The notes: generated by a model not told the origin, from the letters alone. Numbered from the whole stretch's first letter, positions 12,887-26,018 are shown. The stretch: DNA of 61,023 nt, filler included, from Basidiobolus ranarum (GCA_040143965.1; 3 parts of 3 records of this genome joined end to end with filler, not necessarily neighbours in it); one strand, 5' to 3'. Numbers and translations are program-made.

Positions 12887-13859
12887 CTAAAACATAGTCA
12901 TCAAGGCAAATGCAGCATAAAAAAGCCCAATTGGATAGGAAATAAGCCATACTTGTTGCTTCATAGATAACACAGTAACAAACATATGTGAAGAAGAAAA
13001 GGTGCACCAACATATAATAAGAGCGGTCGCTATCATGCCAATTGCCCCCCTAAATCAAATGAATGAGGTTTGTGAATGTAATTGCAAGTAATTTTGACAA
13101 GCACCACTTACGACAAATGGAACAGAAGATTGGAGCTGCTGAGAATAACCATCGGAAGTAAGCAATATCCGAGTACACTTGCAGTACAATAACCATCAAT
13201 ACCAGCTTCACTCATCAGGTTTAGTATCGCATATATAGATAAACATCCTAAAACGCCAACGCCATAGATATACTCGAAATGAGCTTTACCCGACTACGAG
13301 TGCGAATTAGCGCGTTGAAACAAAATAAAAAATGACAAACACCAACTTACTAGCATAAGGAACATTCCAAAAGAAAAGCAAAAAAGTAGGGGGCCAGCCA
13401 AGTCGGGATTCTCCATGAGATCTCTATCCATAGGTTTGAAAGGATTTAGGGCAACTATTGTCTAAAGCATAAGGATGTTAGCATATATGTACTTTATACA
13501 AAAATTTAGATGCTTTGAATTGACACTAGTACCCTATCTTTGATCTGCAACAGATCTATTCCCAGCTCTATCGTTGTAAGGTTGAAATTATAAATCTACC
13601 TTTACTAGAGAATCACTTCAAAAGACGTACCTTCTAATAGGGGAGGCTCCTCGGGAGAACCACCGGTCCCAAAAGCAGACCAAAAAGAGCCAATAGGTAA
13701 AGATCTTTCATAGTTTGCTCGAGCTAGATCATCAGGAGGAGTATAATGGTTTGCCATTGCATATGATCCATCATCGTAAGAAGTTTGATAAAACTGAAGA
13801 TGGTCAGAGTTATCAGGGTACTGTTCGAAATTCTGCAGATCGAAAGATTGTTGATTCAT
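12887..13859 (-). CDS. YIP1: Yip1-family ER-Golgi membrane protein (YIPF5/7-like), multi-exon
   Basis: [32 protein letters not shown] and YPIGLFY motifs after splicing. Confidence 0.9.
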
Positions 13860-14610
13860 TTCGTAAGTGAACTCTACTTCGAATACTCTTGGGGTTTGTA
13901 GTTACTGAGAGATAGCGATCACCGTTCTTTAGAGTCAAATATTGCATTTGAAGTTGTTTATCTATGATTACTTTAAGCAAAGTTGGATGAAATTTAATTT
14001 TTCTGATTAACTCTAAGTGTTGACATCTACTGCGACCAAGCAAGCACCGGCGTGTAAAGTTTGACCTAGCAGTTCTTTCTAATATATATCTCGGCAAGGT
14101 TTATGAAGAAGCTGGCGAAGAGGCTACGTCTGATCATGGCATATGATTTATGATATTCAAAGGGAAGTATTACAACACGAGGTAATCTGTGCGACATTAC
14201 TTAGACAGTGGTCTTGGCAATCTAGCAAGTAACCTTACTTTACATTAAGCTAAACCAATCAAGCCAAAGATGGTGAGTAGATGGAAATCTAGAAAAGTAA
14301 TAATATATTTAATTTGAGTTGAAATTGGAGTTGGAATTTTCTTCAGATCTAATAGTTACAATTGAATAAGAATCATATATGACCTAAACATACGCCCTTA
14401 TTACTAATTCAGAATCTCGATTTAAAGAAATTCTTATTAAACCAGCCGATCAGTACTGTTCAAAAAGGAATTCAACCACTTACACATTAGTATCTGCACA
14501 CTTCATAAATTATTTCCATTCAATACGTTAGAGTGCATCGCTTGAGAGTACCTTTTGTCCATTATACTGCATTTTGTTTCCTTCTCGTCAAGACGTTTTC
14601 CTTCGTTTAG

Positions 14611-17514
14611 ATGAGACAACCAACCGCATATTTATTATTGGTATCATTATTAAGTCTTGTAAAGGGTAAGTGTAGCTCTATAGAGTTGCCCACACATAGA
14701 AACTAATTCTATTTTTGTAGCTCACAGCACTGTCGACCCAGATGCTCGTCTTTCAAACTATGACTTCGTAAGCAATCCACAAATAGATATATATAGACAC
14801 TCATACGACGATACGCACCCCAAAGTCACGAAGCGCTCCTTAAAAAACATCCCTCAGCTCCTTCATGACGATAGTTTCCGTGTCCAATTTCAAGCATTCA
14901 ACCGTACATTTCACCTCCATATGGAGCCTAACACTGATTTAATTCACCCACAAGCTGAAATAGTAACCTACGACTCTACTGGGAATCCCAAATCAGAAAG
15001 ATTATTTTCTCAAAAATACCTTGTTTATAAGGGGCTGGTGGTAGAGCCTGAATACTCAGAAAGTATGCTAAACCAAGAGATAATCGGGCTCCATTCCCCA
15101 TATCGGATAGATCCCAATGCCGCCTCTAAAGGGTGGGCTCGGTTACTTGTACACCAGGATCATAAGAAAACCTTACTCGACGAGCAATACATTTATGAGG
15201 GAGTTTTCAGTTTGGGTCCAGAGACTTACCATGTTCAACCTATTACCTCTTATAAACTTAGTAAGCGATTTCAAGATCCGGAAGTAGTAAATCCTTCCGC
15301 CAGACCTCCCTACCAAAGGCGCTCTTCCTCTATCATTTATAGACTTTCGGATCAGAAAGCATCCCAAAATCATATCAAGCGAGGCTTCAATCATGCTCAT
15401 GGAAGCGACAAAGCATCTGCATGTGGCTCTGAGGGATTAAAGTTTAACCAAAATATAACCAAGATAACGCCGCATTACGACTGGACACTGGGAGGTATTC
15501 ACAATAGGCTAGAGAAGAGAGCTCCTGTCGCCAACAGTGGTTGCCCAACTTCCAAAAAAGTCATGTATATGGTAATTAGCAATTTCTTGAACATCTATTC
15601 CATTGGGACTGCTTTGCTAATAGATGATTGGTTGTTTAGGGTGTGGCTGCAGATTGTACCTATGGTTTGTTACCTTTTTACTTCGTCAATCAAATTTAAT
15701 ATATATACTTACTTCAGGTTACTATGCTAGTTAAAAATTATAAGGGAGTTGAGGCGGCTACAAAGAGCATACTAAGCAACTGGAACATTGCTTCTGGTGT
15801 CTATGAGAAGACGTTTAACATCGCACTTGGCGTGGCTAAACTGGAAATGCGGAGCGAGATCTGCCCTACTACCCTGGATAATTCTGTTGCTTGGAATCGT
15901 GAATGTTCAGATTCTTACGATATCAATGCTAGACTAAACGACTTTACTCGTTGGAGAGGGACACTTGGTGATGATAATAACGGTTTGTGGCATTTGGTAA
16001 CCAGGTGTTCTACTGGTTCCAAAGTCGGTGTAGCCTGGTTAAGTCAGACATGCGTCACCAGTGCCACACAGCAGGACTCAGATTATGTATCCGGAACTGG
16101 TGTGTCTTCGATAACCTCTACGGAGTGGAAGGTTATCGCTCATGAGATTGGTCATAACTTTGGCGCCAAGCATGATTGCGTTAGTTCCCAATGTCCATGC
16201 CAATCATGTGAATGCTGTCCGTGTGATGGAACTTGTGATTGTAATGGAAAGTATTTGATGAATCCTACCAGTGAAACTGGCTCTAATGATTTCAGGTACT
16301 TTCAAATATTGTGACGTTTATTTTGCAGATATCTAACATTTGTTTAGTCCATGTTCTATAAGAGATATCTGCGGCAGTGTACCAAATATTGGTTCTTGCT
16401 TAGAAGGTTTGTAAAACGGGTCAAGTCTTTTGTTAAGGTTCATTTGCTAATATCTATATATTCTATAGTTCCGGGAAGCAAAAACATCATTCGTCAGGCA
16501 ATGTGTGGGAATGGAATCAAGGAGGAAGGGGAGGAGTGCGATTGTGGCTCTGCCGAGGATTGCCAAAAAAGCGCTTGTTGCACGTCCACTTGCAAGCTGA
16601 AAGCTGGTGCTGTTTGCAGGTATTTAACTCTTTGGAACTTTAATGTAATGTGAGCAGTGTTTTGATTGTATTATCTTAGTGACGATGGAGATGACTGTTG
16701 TAAAGACTGCCAATTGAAAGCTGCTAATACTACTTGCCGAGCAGCACAATCAGAATGCGATATCGTCGAAACTTGTGATGGTGTATCTCCAAGTTGCCCT
16801 AAGGATAATTTTATAGAAGATGGAAAAGATTGCGGGAGCAGCGGTGCAGGTCTAAAATGTGCATCTGGTCTGTGCACTTCGAGGGATGCACAATGTGCTG
16901 CTCGTGGTCAGCGTCAGAACATTGTTAAAGCCTGTAGTAATTCATTTACTAGCAATCCATGTCAGTTTGTATGTGCTAGTCCTAACCAGCCCAATGCGTG
17001 CGTAATTATGCAAGGTGCGTTTATCGATGGCACTACTTGTGGAGCAGGTGGCAAATGTCTAAAAGGTTCTTGCCAGAGTGGAAATATAGGTAAGTAGCTT
17101 TTAGTATTCGTACTTTTTACTCCAATTAACTTGGCTTCATTTGTATTAGTTGAGACTGTCCGTAACTGGTTCGATCGAAATAAAACTTTAGCAATTGCTT
17201 TGATATGCATTGCGGCAGCATTGCTTCTATGCTGTGTTTGGTCGTGCTGTTGTAGGTGTAGCAAGAGGAGAACTACTATTATTCATAAGACTCCAGCACC
17301 TGCACCAGCGCCAGTGCCGCCCTACCACAATGGTGGATACGTCGATCCTACCGCTTACAATGGACCTTTACCAGGCGTATATCCTCCAGCAACGACATAC
17401 CAGCCACCATATCAAAACTATCCACAGCAGCCCAATTATAATACTCCAGGTAACAATAATCAATGGCAGCGTAGAAGATCAGACGAAATTCCACTTGGGA
17501 ACATTCGCCACTGA
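14611..17514 (+). CDS. ADAM-family metalloprotease-disintegrin, multi-exon
   Basis: Signal peptide; GVAADCTY; intact zinc motif HEIGHNFGAKHD; CGNGIKEEGEECDCG disintegrin; Cys-rich region; TM helix; Pro/Tyr-rich tail. Confidence 0.92.
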
Positions 17515-18066
17515 AACAAATACCAAATTTGACTTATAAATATGTTTAAGCAATCCTTACTTTTGCAATAATAAAATCTTAGATTAGCTTGAATCTCTGC
17601 TATATTCCTTATATACCTTATTTTTATCCATAACCTTAACCCATAACCATTGCCACATCAACGTTCGCTATGACGCAGTCACCTTCGTTGAAGTGCAACA
17701 ACCATTTAAATTGCTGCGTAACTCAATCCCCTAATCTTGTGACCTTATTATTTCACTGTCTTTCTATGTTTTCTGGGATCAGTACATGCGTATGAGCCAT
17801 GATAACTCAGCCAATCACCGCTACTAGTAGTCAGTGAGATCATAGCCTTTACTAACCTCCTCCTTTATCCCTTATTGTATCAATTAGCATTGGAACCAGT
17901 TTCCTGAATCACCCCGTGACTAAATACATATGACGGATGACAATTGCTTGGTGTTGGCTTTCTCTGGATCATTCAACCATAGCCTTGTTACTGCTTTATA
18001 TACAACCTCTTCAACTCAACTATACTTGTCTTATTATCCACACACTCATAATTTTTGGCTTTCGTC

Positions 18067-19609
18067 ATGACCGTTATGCAATTTAGGTAATTCTCACTTG
18101 AGTTTGTCTCTTTTACTTCTTGACGTTTCTTTGCATTTCTTTTAATGAGGATGGCTATACTTATATTTCTATTGGTTTGATTTCATATATATCAATAAAC
18201 AAGAGAGAATGCGGTCTTTTTGAAAACAGAACCCAGAAAACATGGTGTACGAACATCTATTCAACACTGGTACGTTTTATTCGAAACTCACGAGAGACTT
18301 TCTTTTATTTACTTTCTTCTTTAGGCAACTTCGTGACTTAGTGGCCTGTCCAAATGAGAAGGGAGAATTTTACTTTGTCAACCAGAATAATGTCAGTCGA
18401 TATAATACTGCGAGTATGGAGGTAAGTCAAGCAAGGTTATGTTACGTACTCTATGAAGATCTTACAATACTCAATCGGATGAATTCTAGACAACCCCTAT
18501 CATAAAAGACTTGCTATTTTCACCAAACTCTATGACCGCGGGGTGTGGCTACTTGGCAGCTGGTGGACACAGGAGTCAGCTTGCAGTTAGCCAGCTCAAT
18601 AGCAATTGGTATTTCTTGGCATCAGTTGTTTAATATGATATTGTACTAACAATGTAGATGAATAGGTTTGTCAATATCTCTGTTGGTGGATCTATTAATA
18701 ACGCCTTGTGTATCTCTAATCACCTTGGATCCACAAGACTCTTGGTGAGCAATAACGACCAAACCATTAAAGTCTATTTACTCCCAAGTATGTACAAAGT
18801 CGCTAGTATATCTTTTCCAACTGCGGTAAACTATGGTAATATTCCTATCAAATGCTATCTTTACTAGCCAACTTTACTTATACTATTGGATTTTAGCTGC
18901 TGTAAGCCCAGACGGAACCAAAATGGTAGCTGTGGGAGATTCAAACGAAGTGTTTTTATTTGATATTACAGCTGATGGATACAAAAATGTTGCTACTTAC
19001 ACAAGTAAGTTATCAATTGAGCTTCCTTTGATGATGATGAAGATACGAAGATTTTAACCCACCACACACTTTTTTAGGTACTATTGACGCAGGGTTTTCT
19101 TGTGCATGGAATCAATCATCTGACAAATTTGCAGTTGCCAGTCAAGATGGATATGTTAGCGTGTGGGATGTTAGAAGTAGCAATAAACTAGCGAAAATCA
19201 ATGCTACCCAAGTAAGTCTCAACTTGGTAAATTTATAACAGTATATCTTGTTGACTCTCTACTGCAGGGAACAAGAGCGAAAGGAGCCTGTCGCTGTGTA
19301 AAGTTTTCTCCTAGTGGATCGGTTGATCTTTTGATGTTTAGTGAGGTATGTTCTTGAATTACAGATTTACTTTAAATCATAAATCTTACTCTTTTTCAGC
19401 ACGTTTCATATGTAAATATAGTTGATGCCAGAACTTTCAATGACAGACAATCCATCCGTGTAGCTCCACCTTCCTTTGATCAGCATATATCTGGCTTTAC
19501 CTTCTCTCCTGACAGTAAAGCAGTGTATGTTGGAGTGGAGGGATCGGTATTGGAATATGAAGTGGATACTATGCGTCGTCGAAGCTTTCCAACCGGATCC
19601 ATTCTTTAA
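18067..19609 (+). CDS. WD40-repeat protein (DUF2415-like family), multi-exon
   Basis: Spliced translation ...SIQHWQLRDL...YLAAGG...GGSINN...SPDGTKMVAVGDS...FAVASQDG.VSVWDVR...GACRCVKFS...DLLMFSEH; stop 19607-19609; start codon inferred. Confidence 0.8.
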
Positions 19610-20335
19610 ACATAAAGTCGACATTTGGAACACGTACTTGTGTACATAAATACACTCATATATTGGTTCATTTCCCTTCAAGATAATCCATTTATTCTTT
19701 GCTGCACACTCTATCACTTTATTCTTCACTTACTGTAAATTCTAATGCGTTGAATTGAAATTTATAGTTCCGCATACTTTCTATCCGTTTTTTACTTTTA
19801 TGATATTCGTTTGTTCGTTTGTCTATTGTATGGATAGCTTAACCTTGTCTTTCGAATCGAATTCAAAATGTATTATGAGGTTTCATGGTTATTATTTTAC
19901 TGAATTTAAACACACACTCACATACACCCCCTCCCTTTCTCTCTCTCTCTCTTTGTAGTATGCTAACTTGAAAAATAATTAGCCAAACATCTATTAGCAT
20001 ATTGCTATCAACCATTTCATTTCGATCTAGAATTTTTAATGAATTGATATATTTTTATTTTAGCCCAATATCATCCATAGTAGTTCATGTGAAGAAAAGA
20101 TAGAATGGTGAAATTTTTTGAAGAGAAAGGGAAAGGGATAAACATGATTCTTCGAATTGAACGAAGAAGTTAATCACAACTGTGGTTAGATTTTAATGGA
20201 AGTTGAATAGAGAAAGGAAAAGGAAAGGGTAAGGGTATTTATACATGAATAATGTATACAACAGCTGATAACTACTAAGATTTTCTGGTGATACGTGCGG
20301 AGAAATTTTTACGTCGATATTGTGTAGTGAAATCG

Positions 20336-20435
20336 NNNNNNNNNNNNNNNNNNNNNNNNNNNNNNNNNNNNNNNNNNNNTTAATTAATTAANNNNNNNNN
20401 NNNNNNNNNNNNNNNNNNNNNNNNNNNNNNNNNNN
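20336..20435. other. Artificial contig linker
   Basis: 44 N + TTAATTAATTAA (stops in all six frames) + 44 N. Confidence 0.98.
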
Positions 20436-21597
20436 ATGGGCTGACACATATTGGATTTGTTCTCTATAATAGTGCCAGATTGTGCTCTATATATCATATG
20501 GGTAACCATCTAGGCCAATTGGTTGATTAGTAGTCTAATTTGTGCAATCACCAGAACTGCAATTTTGTCTAATTCCTTTCCTGGTATCAAATTTTGGACA
20601 CAGTCATGCTAAACCATGAGTACTGGGCCCTTCATAGCACCAAAGTCCAAATTCTGTGCTTTGTTTTCATCTAGACTGACTGGATTGATCTAAGTTTGCA
20701 TCTTCATGTTATCAATGAGATCTGCAGTGAACAATTTCTCATTTGTGATGTTTTAACATCTCCAAGCAATAACAATCACATAGCCATGGTTCACAAGTCT
20801 TTCAGAGCTCCATATTGTGCATATCTACTGAGTTCCTATCATCTAAATACAGGTGATCCATTTGGCAACTTCTTCTACTGCACTCTTGATCCACTGCAAA
20901 TGGTCCTAGATCATCATGGGGATTAACATTGGTTGTCTGGCTTCAATAATAGCACTAGAGATAGTACTCAATCATATAGCCACTTTACTCAAAGTTACTG
21001 TTCCAAAACTAAGCATTTTTGATCAAACTTAAACTGGTAGTTCTCCCACTTAACTCAATTTCCAGTGGTCTATTGATCTTGTATTTTCACCAGCTGAAAT
21101 TATATATTCTGATATTCAAAAAGTGCAGAATTCATCCAAACATTATACAGGATGATACCCCTACTTCTGGACACCATATAGTTCCATTTTGATATAATAT
21201 TTTTCAAATTTGATATAAATACTTGAATGACTTTACAGGTACCTTTGACTCAAAGTCTTCATATACCAAAAAATATATCTTGTGAAAGAAGCTGTATTCC
21301 CTTGCACAAAATCTTTCTCTTACTTGCTATCCCTTTCTTCTCCATATGCAATTTCCCCAATCCTTCATTCCTTTCCATTCTTTGGAAACTTTATTATGGC
21401 AATTGTGAAGTTTTAAATATTTTTTGAGTAATAAAGTTTCTTTACTGAACAAAAATTACATCCAGAGACAGTAGACATCTTCCAAAGCTGCAAAAACAGA
21501 GCTCATAACCTGTTGGGAGCTAAGTACAAAATTAATTTCTCCCAAATTCTGATATCTGATTTAACTATATATGAGATATTAGGTGTATATTTCAACA
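20436..21597 (-). mobile_element. 5' part of a degenerate Ty1/Copia-type LTR retrotransposon (87-bp LTR 21511-21597, PBS 21499-21510), truncated by the contig start
   Basis: Minus strand TGTTGAAAT...CTCCCAACA directly followed by GGTTATGAGCTC, resembling the copia-type internal tRNAiMet PBS; internal region lacks CpG and has stop-interrupted frames; no gag/pol motif recognised. Confidence 0.7.
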
Positions 21598-21650
21598 GTA
21601 CTAAGCTATTTATTTGACTATATCTATGTTTGGGCTATATTAATTTCAAC
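21598..21650 (-). mobile_element. Degenerate 5' fragment of the 348-bp LTR family, abutting the Copia element
   Basis: GTACTAAGCTATTTATTTGACTATATCTATGTTTGGGCTATATTAATTTCAAC aligns to the end of copy 48176-48523. Confidence 0.65.
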
Positions 21651-22379
21651 TTAACTCTTCTTCATATTTCAGATAGGTGATTCTTTATTACTTTAAAGTT
21701 AATGTACCAATAAGAAATCGTGTTCACATTACAATTCACTAGGGAATTCAAAAATTGAATTCTTGGTCAGAATCTTTGCAAATCTCCCACACTTAGGCTA
21801 TATGGCTCAAGTCAACCATCAAGATTTATCCATGGCATCAACACGGAAAATTTATCTAACCATAACTTTGGTTATAAAAGTTGCGTATGTGGAAACATCA
21901 CTGAGTAGTGTTTTCATATACTTCAATACAGGCGCAGAGATTCGCTTTACATTAATCTGACCATTGAAGGCTCAAGAAATCATTTCACTTCGTGGGAAGA
22001 CTTACACCATTACTTTAATTGAGGACAATACACAGAACATATTCCAATCGGAGTCAATTGCATAATTCCACTCAATAACATTCAATTTTTTCTATCGAAA
22101 TGTATGTAAATTGGGTGTATTTGCAAATGCATATTAAGCTATAGCCATCGTTAGCCTTAACTGATATTATAGCGATATTATGGCAGTGTTAATTATGTCT
22201 TATTGTTTGGAATTCTAAGGATTTTACTAAAACCTGACAAAATCCCTGCTAAGAATAAGCAATCAATGTAGAGGATGCCAAGGGTGCTGTTTAAAGAGCA
22301 ACAGATAGTCTATATACAGTGTTTATTTAAAGTCATATACCACGAGCCAAATATCATCAAATTCTGATGAGCTCTTGAA

Positions 22380-23930
22380 CTATCCCCTGTAAGATCCGCC
22401 TTGAATATCATGAGTGATCTTCTCGGCAACGGCAATTGTTGTCGGATTTATTGCCGCTGAAACAACGTCAGGATGACAGGATGCATCTGCGATACGCAAT
22501 CCTTGTATGCCAAACACACGACCATGACTATCGACAACGGCACGTGCATCACCGACACGTCCCATGGGCGCAGTGGAAGTTATGTGATGGTAGCTCATTG
22601 CTTCGTCACTGATCCACTTTGATAGAGTTTCTGTGTCCATCATATCTGGAGGTGGATAGACTCGGCCAAGAGAGGCATCGACCATTGGCCCACTCTGCAT
22701 TATCTTACTAGTTAAAGAAATAGCATCTATAATTTTTAGGATATCTCTTTTGTCTCCAAAGAGGTTTGCATCAATCAAAGGGGCTTGTTCTGCATCTTTG
22801 CTAATCAGTTTGAGGCTACCGCGAGCCTCTGGTCGGACACAGGCGAGTAGGAAAGCTAAACCAGAGCCATCGGGAAAGAGTTTTGGATCGGCTAAGCCTG
22901 TAGGTACGATATGAAGATCTTGTTCTCCCGTCTTGGCAGTAGTGGATGCTGTCCAGAGGTAGGGAGTCAAGAGCGGCATACCATCTTCAATTTTAAGAGA
23001 GTCCGACTTTATAGAGAATATATTGTATATGCAACCGTGATCTTGCAAGTTTTTCCCTACAGGGAGATTAGCAATTACCGAAATAGAAAGCTTTTCCAGA
23101 TCTTCTTTCGGTCCAATACCAGAGCGAATCAAAATAGAACCAGTTCCAATTGCACCAGCTGTCAAGATCACCTCTTTGAGGGTGGTAAACTCGACACCTT
23201 CAGTGGTGATTATACCAGTAGCAGTTGTTCCTTCAAATATAATCTTGTCCACTGTGGTCTCAGAGATAATTGTGAGATTCGGTCTATCTCGTACACCGTT
23301 ATTGAGGTAAGTAATACCAGTATGCAACCGTTTGTTATCTTTAATATTGAAAGGAAATGCGCCAACTCCTAAAGTGAACTTTCCATTGAAATCTTGCACT
23401 TCGGGGTGTCCAGCAGCCGCCATAGCTTTCCAGGAAGAAGTATGCAGGGATGAGATATCCTCAGGGCTATAGCGGTGAACATGCGTTGGCCCTCCAACAC
23501 CATGATAACCTATGCTCCCTTCAACCTGAATATCATCATCTTCAGATTTCTTAAAATAAGGTAAAACATCTTCAAATGACCATCCCTCCAGTCCGTATTC
23601 TTCTGTCCATCGTTTAAAATCCGTAGGAAGTGCTCGTACCCATACACAAGCATTTATAGCTGACCCACCGCCTAAAATTTTAGTTCGAATTGCTTCCTTA
23701 GGTTGCCCAGCTCGATTTTTTTCGGGAATACCCCACCAAATATCAGGTGTACCGTAGACAAAGCTGCTGCTCGCTACTTCCTTTGGATACTGATCTACTG
23801 GGAAAGCTTTTCCTCCTTCAATAAGAAGAACGGTGACATTCGGATTCTCAGAGAGGCGGCTTGCAACTACGGCACCCGCGGAGCCTCCTCCAACGACGAT
23901 AAAGTCATATTGGTGGTTTCCAGGAGACAT
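22380..23930 (-). CDS. GMC oxidoreductase (choline dehydrogenase-like flavoprotein), intronless
   Basis: YDFIVVGGGSAG FAD-binding motif, KILGGGSAIN, VGKNLQDH, catalytic His (SYHH) and Asn (AINPT), GLRIADAS. Confidence 0.92.
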   Translation of the reverse strand: MSPGNHQYDFIVVGGGSAGAVVASRLSENPNVTVLLIEGGKAFPVDQYPKEVASSSFVYGTPDIWWGIPEKNRAGQPKEAIRTKILGGGSAINACVWVRALPTDFKRWTEEYGLEGWSFEDVLPYFKKSEDDDIQVEGSIGYHGVGGPTHVHRYSPEDISSLHTSSWKAMAAAGHPEVQDFNGKFTLGVGAFPFNIKDNKRLHTGITYLNNGVRDRPNLTIISETTVDKIIFEGTTATGIITTEGVEFTTLKEVILTAGAIGTGSILIRSGIGPKEDLEKLSISVIANLPVGKNLQDHGCIYNIFSIKSDSLKIEDGMPLLTPYLWTASTTAKTGEQDLHIVPTGLADPKLFPDGSGLAFLLACVRPEARGSLKLISKDAEQAPLIDANLFGDKRDILKIIDAISLTSKIMQSGPMVDASLGRVYPPPDMMDTETLSKWISDEAMSYHHITSTAPMGRVGDARAVVDSHGRVFGIQGLRIADASCHPDVVSAAINPTTIAVAEKITHDIQGGSYRG

Positions 23931-26018
23931 GGACGTAATTACTCAAAATGTTTAGGATGAAGGGAATGAGAGTCGAATATATAAGAATGCTTTTGTCAGT
24001 ATTTGGAAACCGAAAGTAGTGTGATTATTGATTAGTGATGAATCTATAATTTTAAAATGTTCCACAATTCCTTGCTCATTTCATGTTATGGCTTGGTATG
24101 GACTGCTATAGGCTTGATTAGTATCTTCTGTCAAACTTTAATATTTATTCACATCATTTAATTTATACTAAACAACTGGTTACGTTTTGTTGGTAGGCGT
24201 TACCAGGCTTTGTCCTGTTACGTTGTGGTAAATGATTAGCTCTATCCTTAGTATCGATCTCCCCTTTACCTGCTATATATATATATACCTCATTTTGATG
24301 AAAACCTCCTGAATGCGGACATCGATGGGTTATTCCTCTACACCAAAGGTAGGCGTCGTTGGGATTTTAAAAAGCCTTACTGCTCCGCTCAATCTCAAAC
24401 CATTTGTGTTTACTTGGTGGCCAATCAAGAACCATTGAGAAAAGGCCAGTCTGAGGATTAAGAAGCGCAATATTATCAACATTCTAGCGGATGTAAAGAT
24501 CGGGTGGTTATTTACTCTCGGCTTGAACAATAACAGTAATAATGGGCAAATTATAAGCTACATTTTACCTTAATACACAAATGCCGCCTTACTTCGAAGA
24601 AGCTAAACATTAGGGTTTATCAATCCAGAACAACGTTGTTCAACAACAGATGGCAGATGTGCGCAGATTGCTACTGTATATATACATTTATATATTGCAA
24701 TTATACACTATTGTGACTTTACAGATAAGTGTTGGAATGATCTAATGTTATTGGCATTCAGGTATTTTTATCAAGCTGTTGGCTTTGTCACCATCATTTT
24801 GTAACAAGCAAGCATCGATAATCAAGTTTGAGAAGTTGAGATTTGTCATACAACATCTAAGAAGTAGAGTTATTGGAGTTTTACAGGTGTGACTTAATAG
24901 AGTATTTATCACTTTCTTGATAATATAAATGATAGAGAAATATCTTTGTGAGCAAAATGGACTTTCTTAAGGCTGATTTGGAGCATAATGAAGTTTCAGG
25001 GTTGTCAAACTTGATTCTACTAATAGTTCAATAAACCACTCATATCTTACATATATGTTTTAGTTCTGAACTAAGTACTATTTGACTAAACAAAGCTAAA
25101 TGACTTGGATGTGAGATATTAAGTAATATGAAGATTTTTATTGGAGTTAGGTTAATAACAGGACTTTTGGCTTAAAAGAGCATCTAATTTACATATGGAT
25201 CATAGATATACACAAGTGAGTAAATATCAAACAAAATTGAAATACTATCAGTTGAAATATAAATTTATTTAAAAATTTCAATATTGTTGATGAAAAACTA
25301 TATGGTTACAATAGCTTTTAGTTAACCTATGTTGAGTGGAAGATGGGTTATCAAATTAGATGACTTACAAATTTCATATTCCGCATTGTTCATTAGATCA
25401 TTCACACATCTTAGATATGTCTAACTACACCTGAGTGATAATCAACCAATAAATTTTACTATATTTTGATATAAAATGGAATTCAGTTCTAATGAAACTC
25501 TCTAAGCTTTGCAGAAGAGCATCCAACTCCTAATAAAGGTGACGATCTTACTTCCATCAATGCATAGAATCTCTTAGACTCCACAAACAATATAATAATA
25601 AAATAACATTTTCCTTGGACAAGTTGATTGATTATGGTTTATGCAGGTAAATGAAGAAAATATACTAAACATTCATGAAACCGATATTAGGATTTCTCGT
25701 ATATTTTGTTAATGCATTGTGAATGCTATCATACATTCAGATTTACTGATTTGTTTTGCTTTGTAACATTCACATACGTATAAAGAAAAGAACTTTGTCA
25801 ATTATCACCACCAATTTCGATGACTGAATAAAAAGTCCCAACATATTTTAAACTCCAGTGGTATAAAACATAAGGACAAGTATATAAAAATTCTAAATGA
25901 AAGTAGATATTTTATTAATTTTCCCAAGAAAACTCGAATCACTCAGTATCCAACTTAAAGACTAAAAAAGAGGATCAAGTTAGAAAAAAGAATCAAGCAA
26001 AATGGATACAAAGGATAC

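Noticed and set aside
20336..20435. Palindromic TTAATTAATTAA inside N runs (also 40725-40824)
   Set aside because: Standard six-frame-stop concatenation linker, not biological
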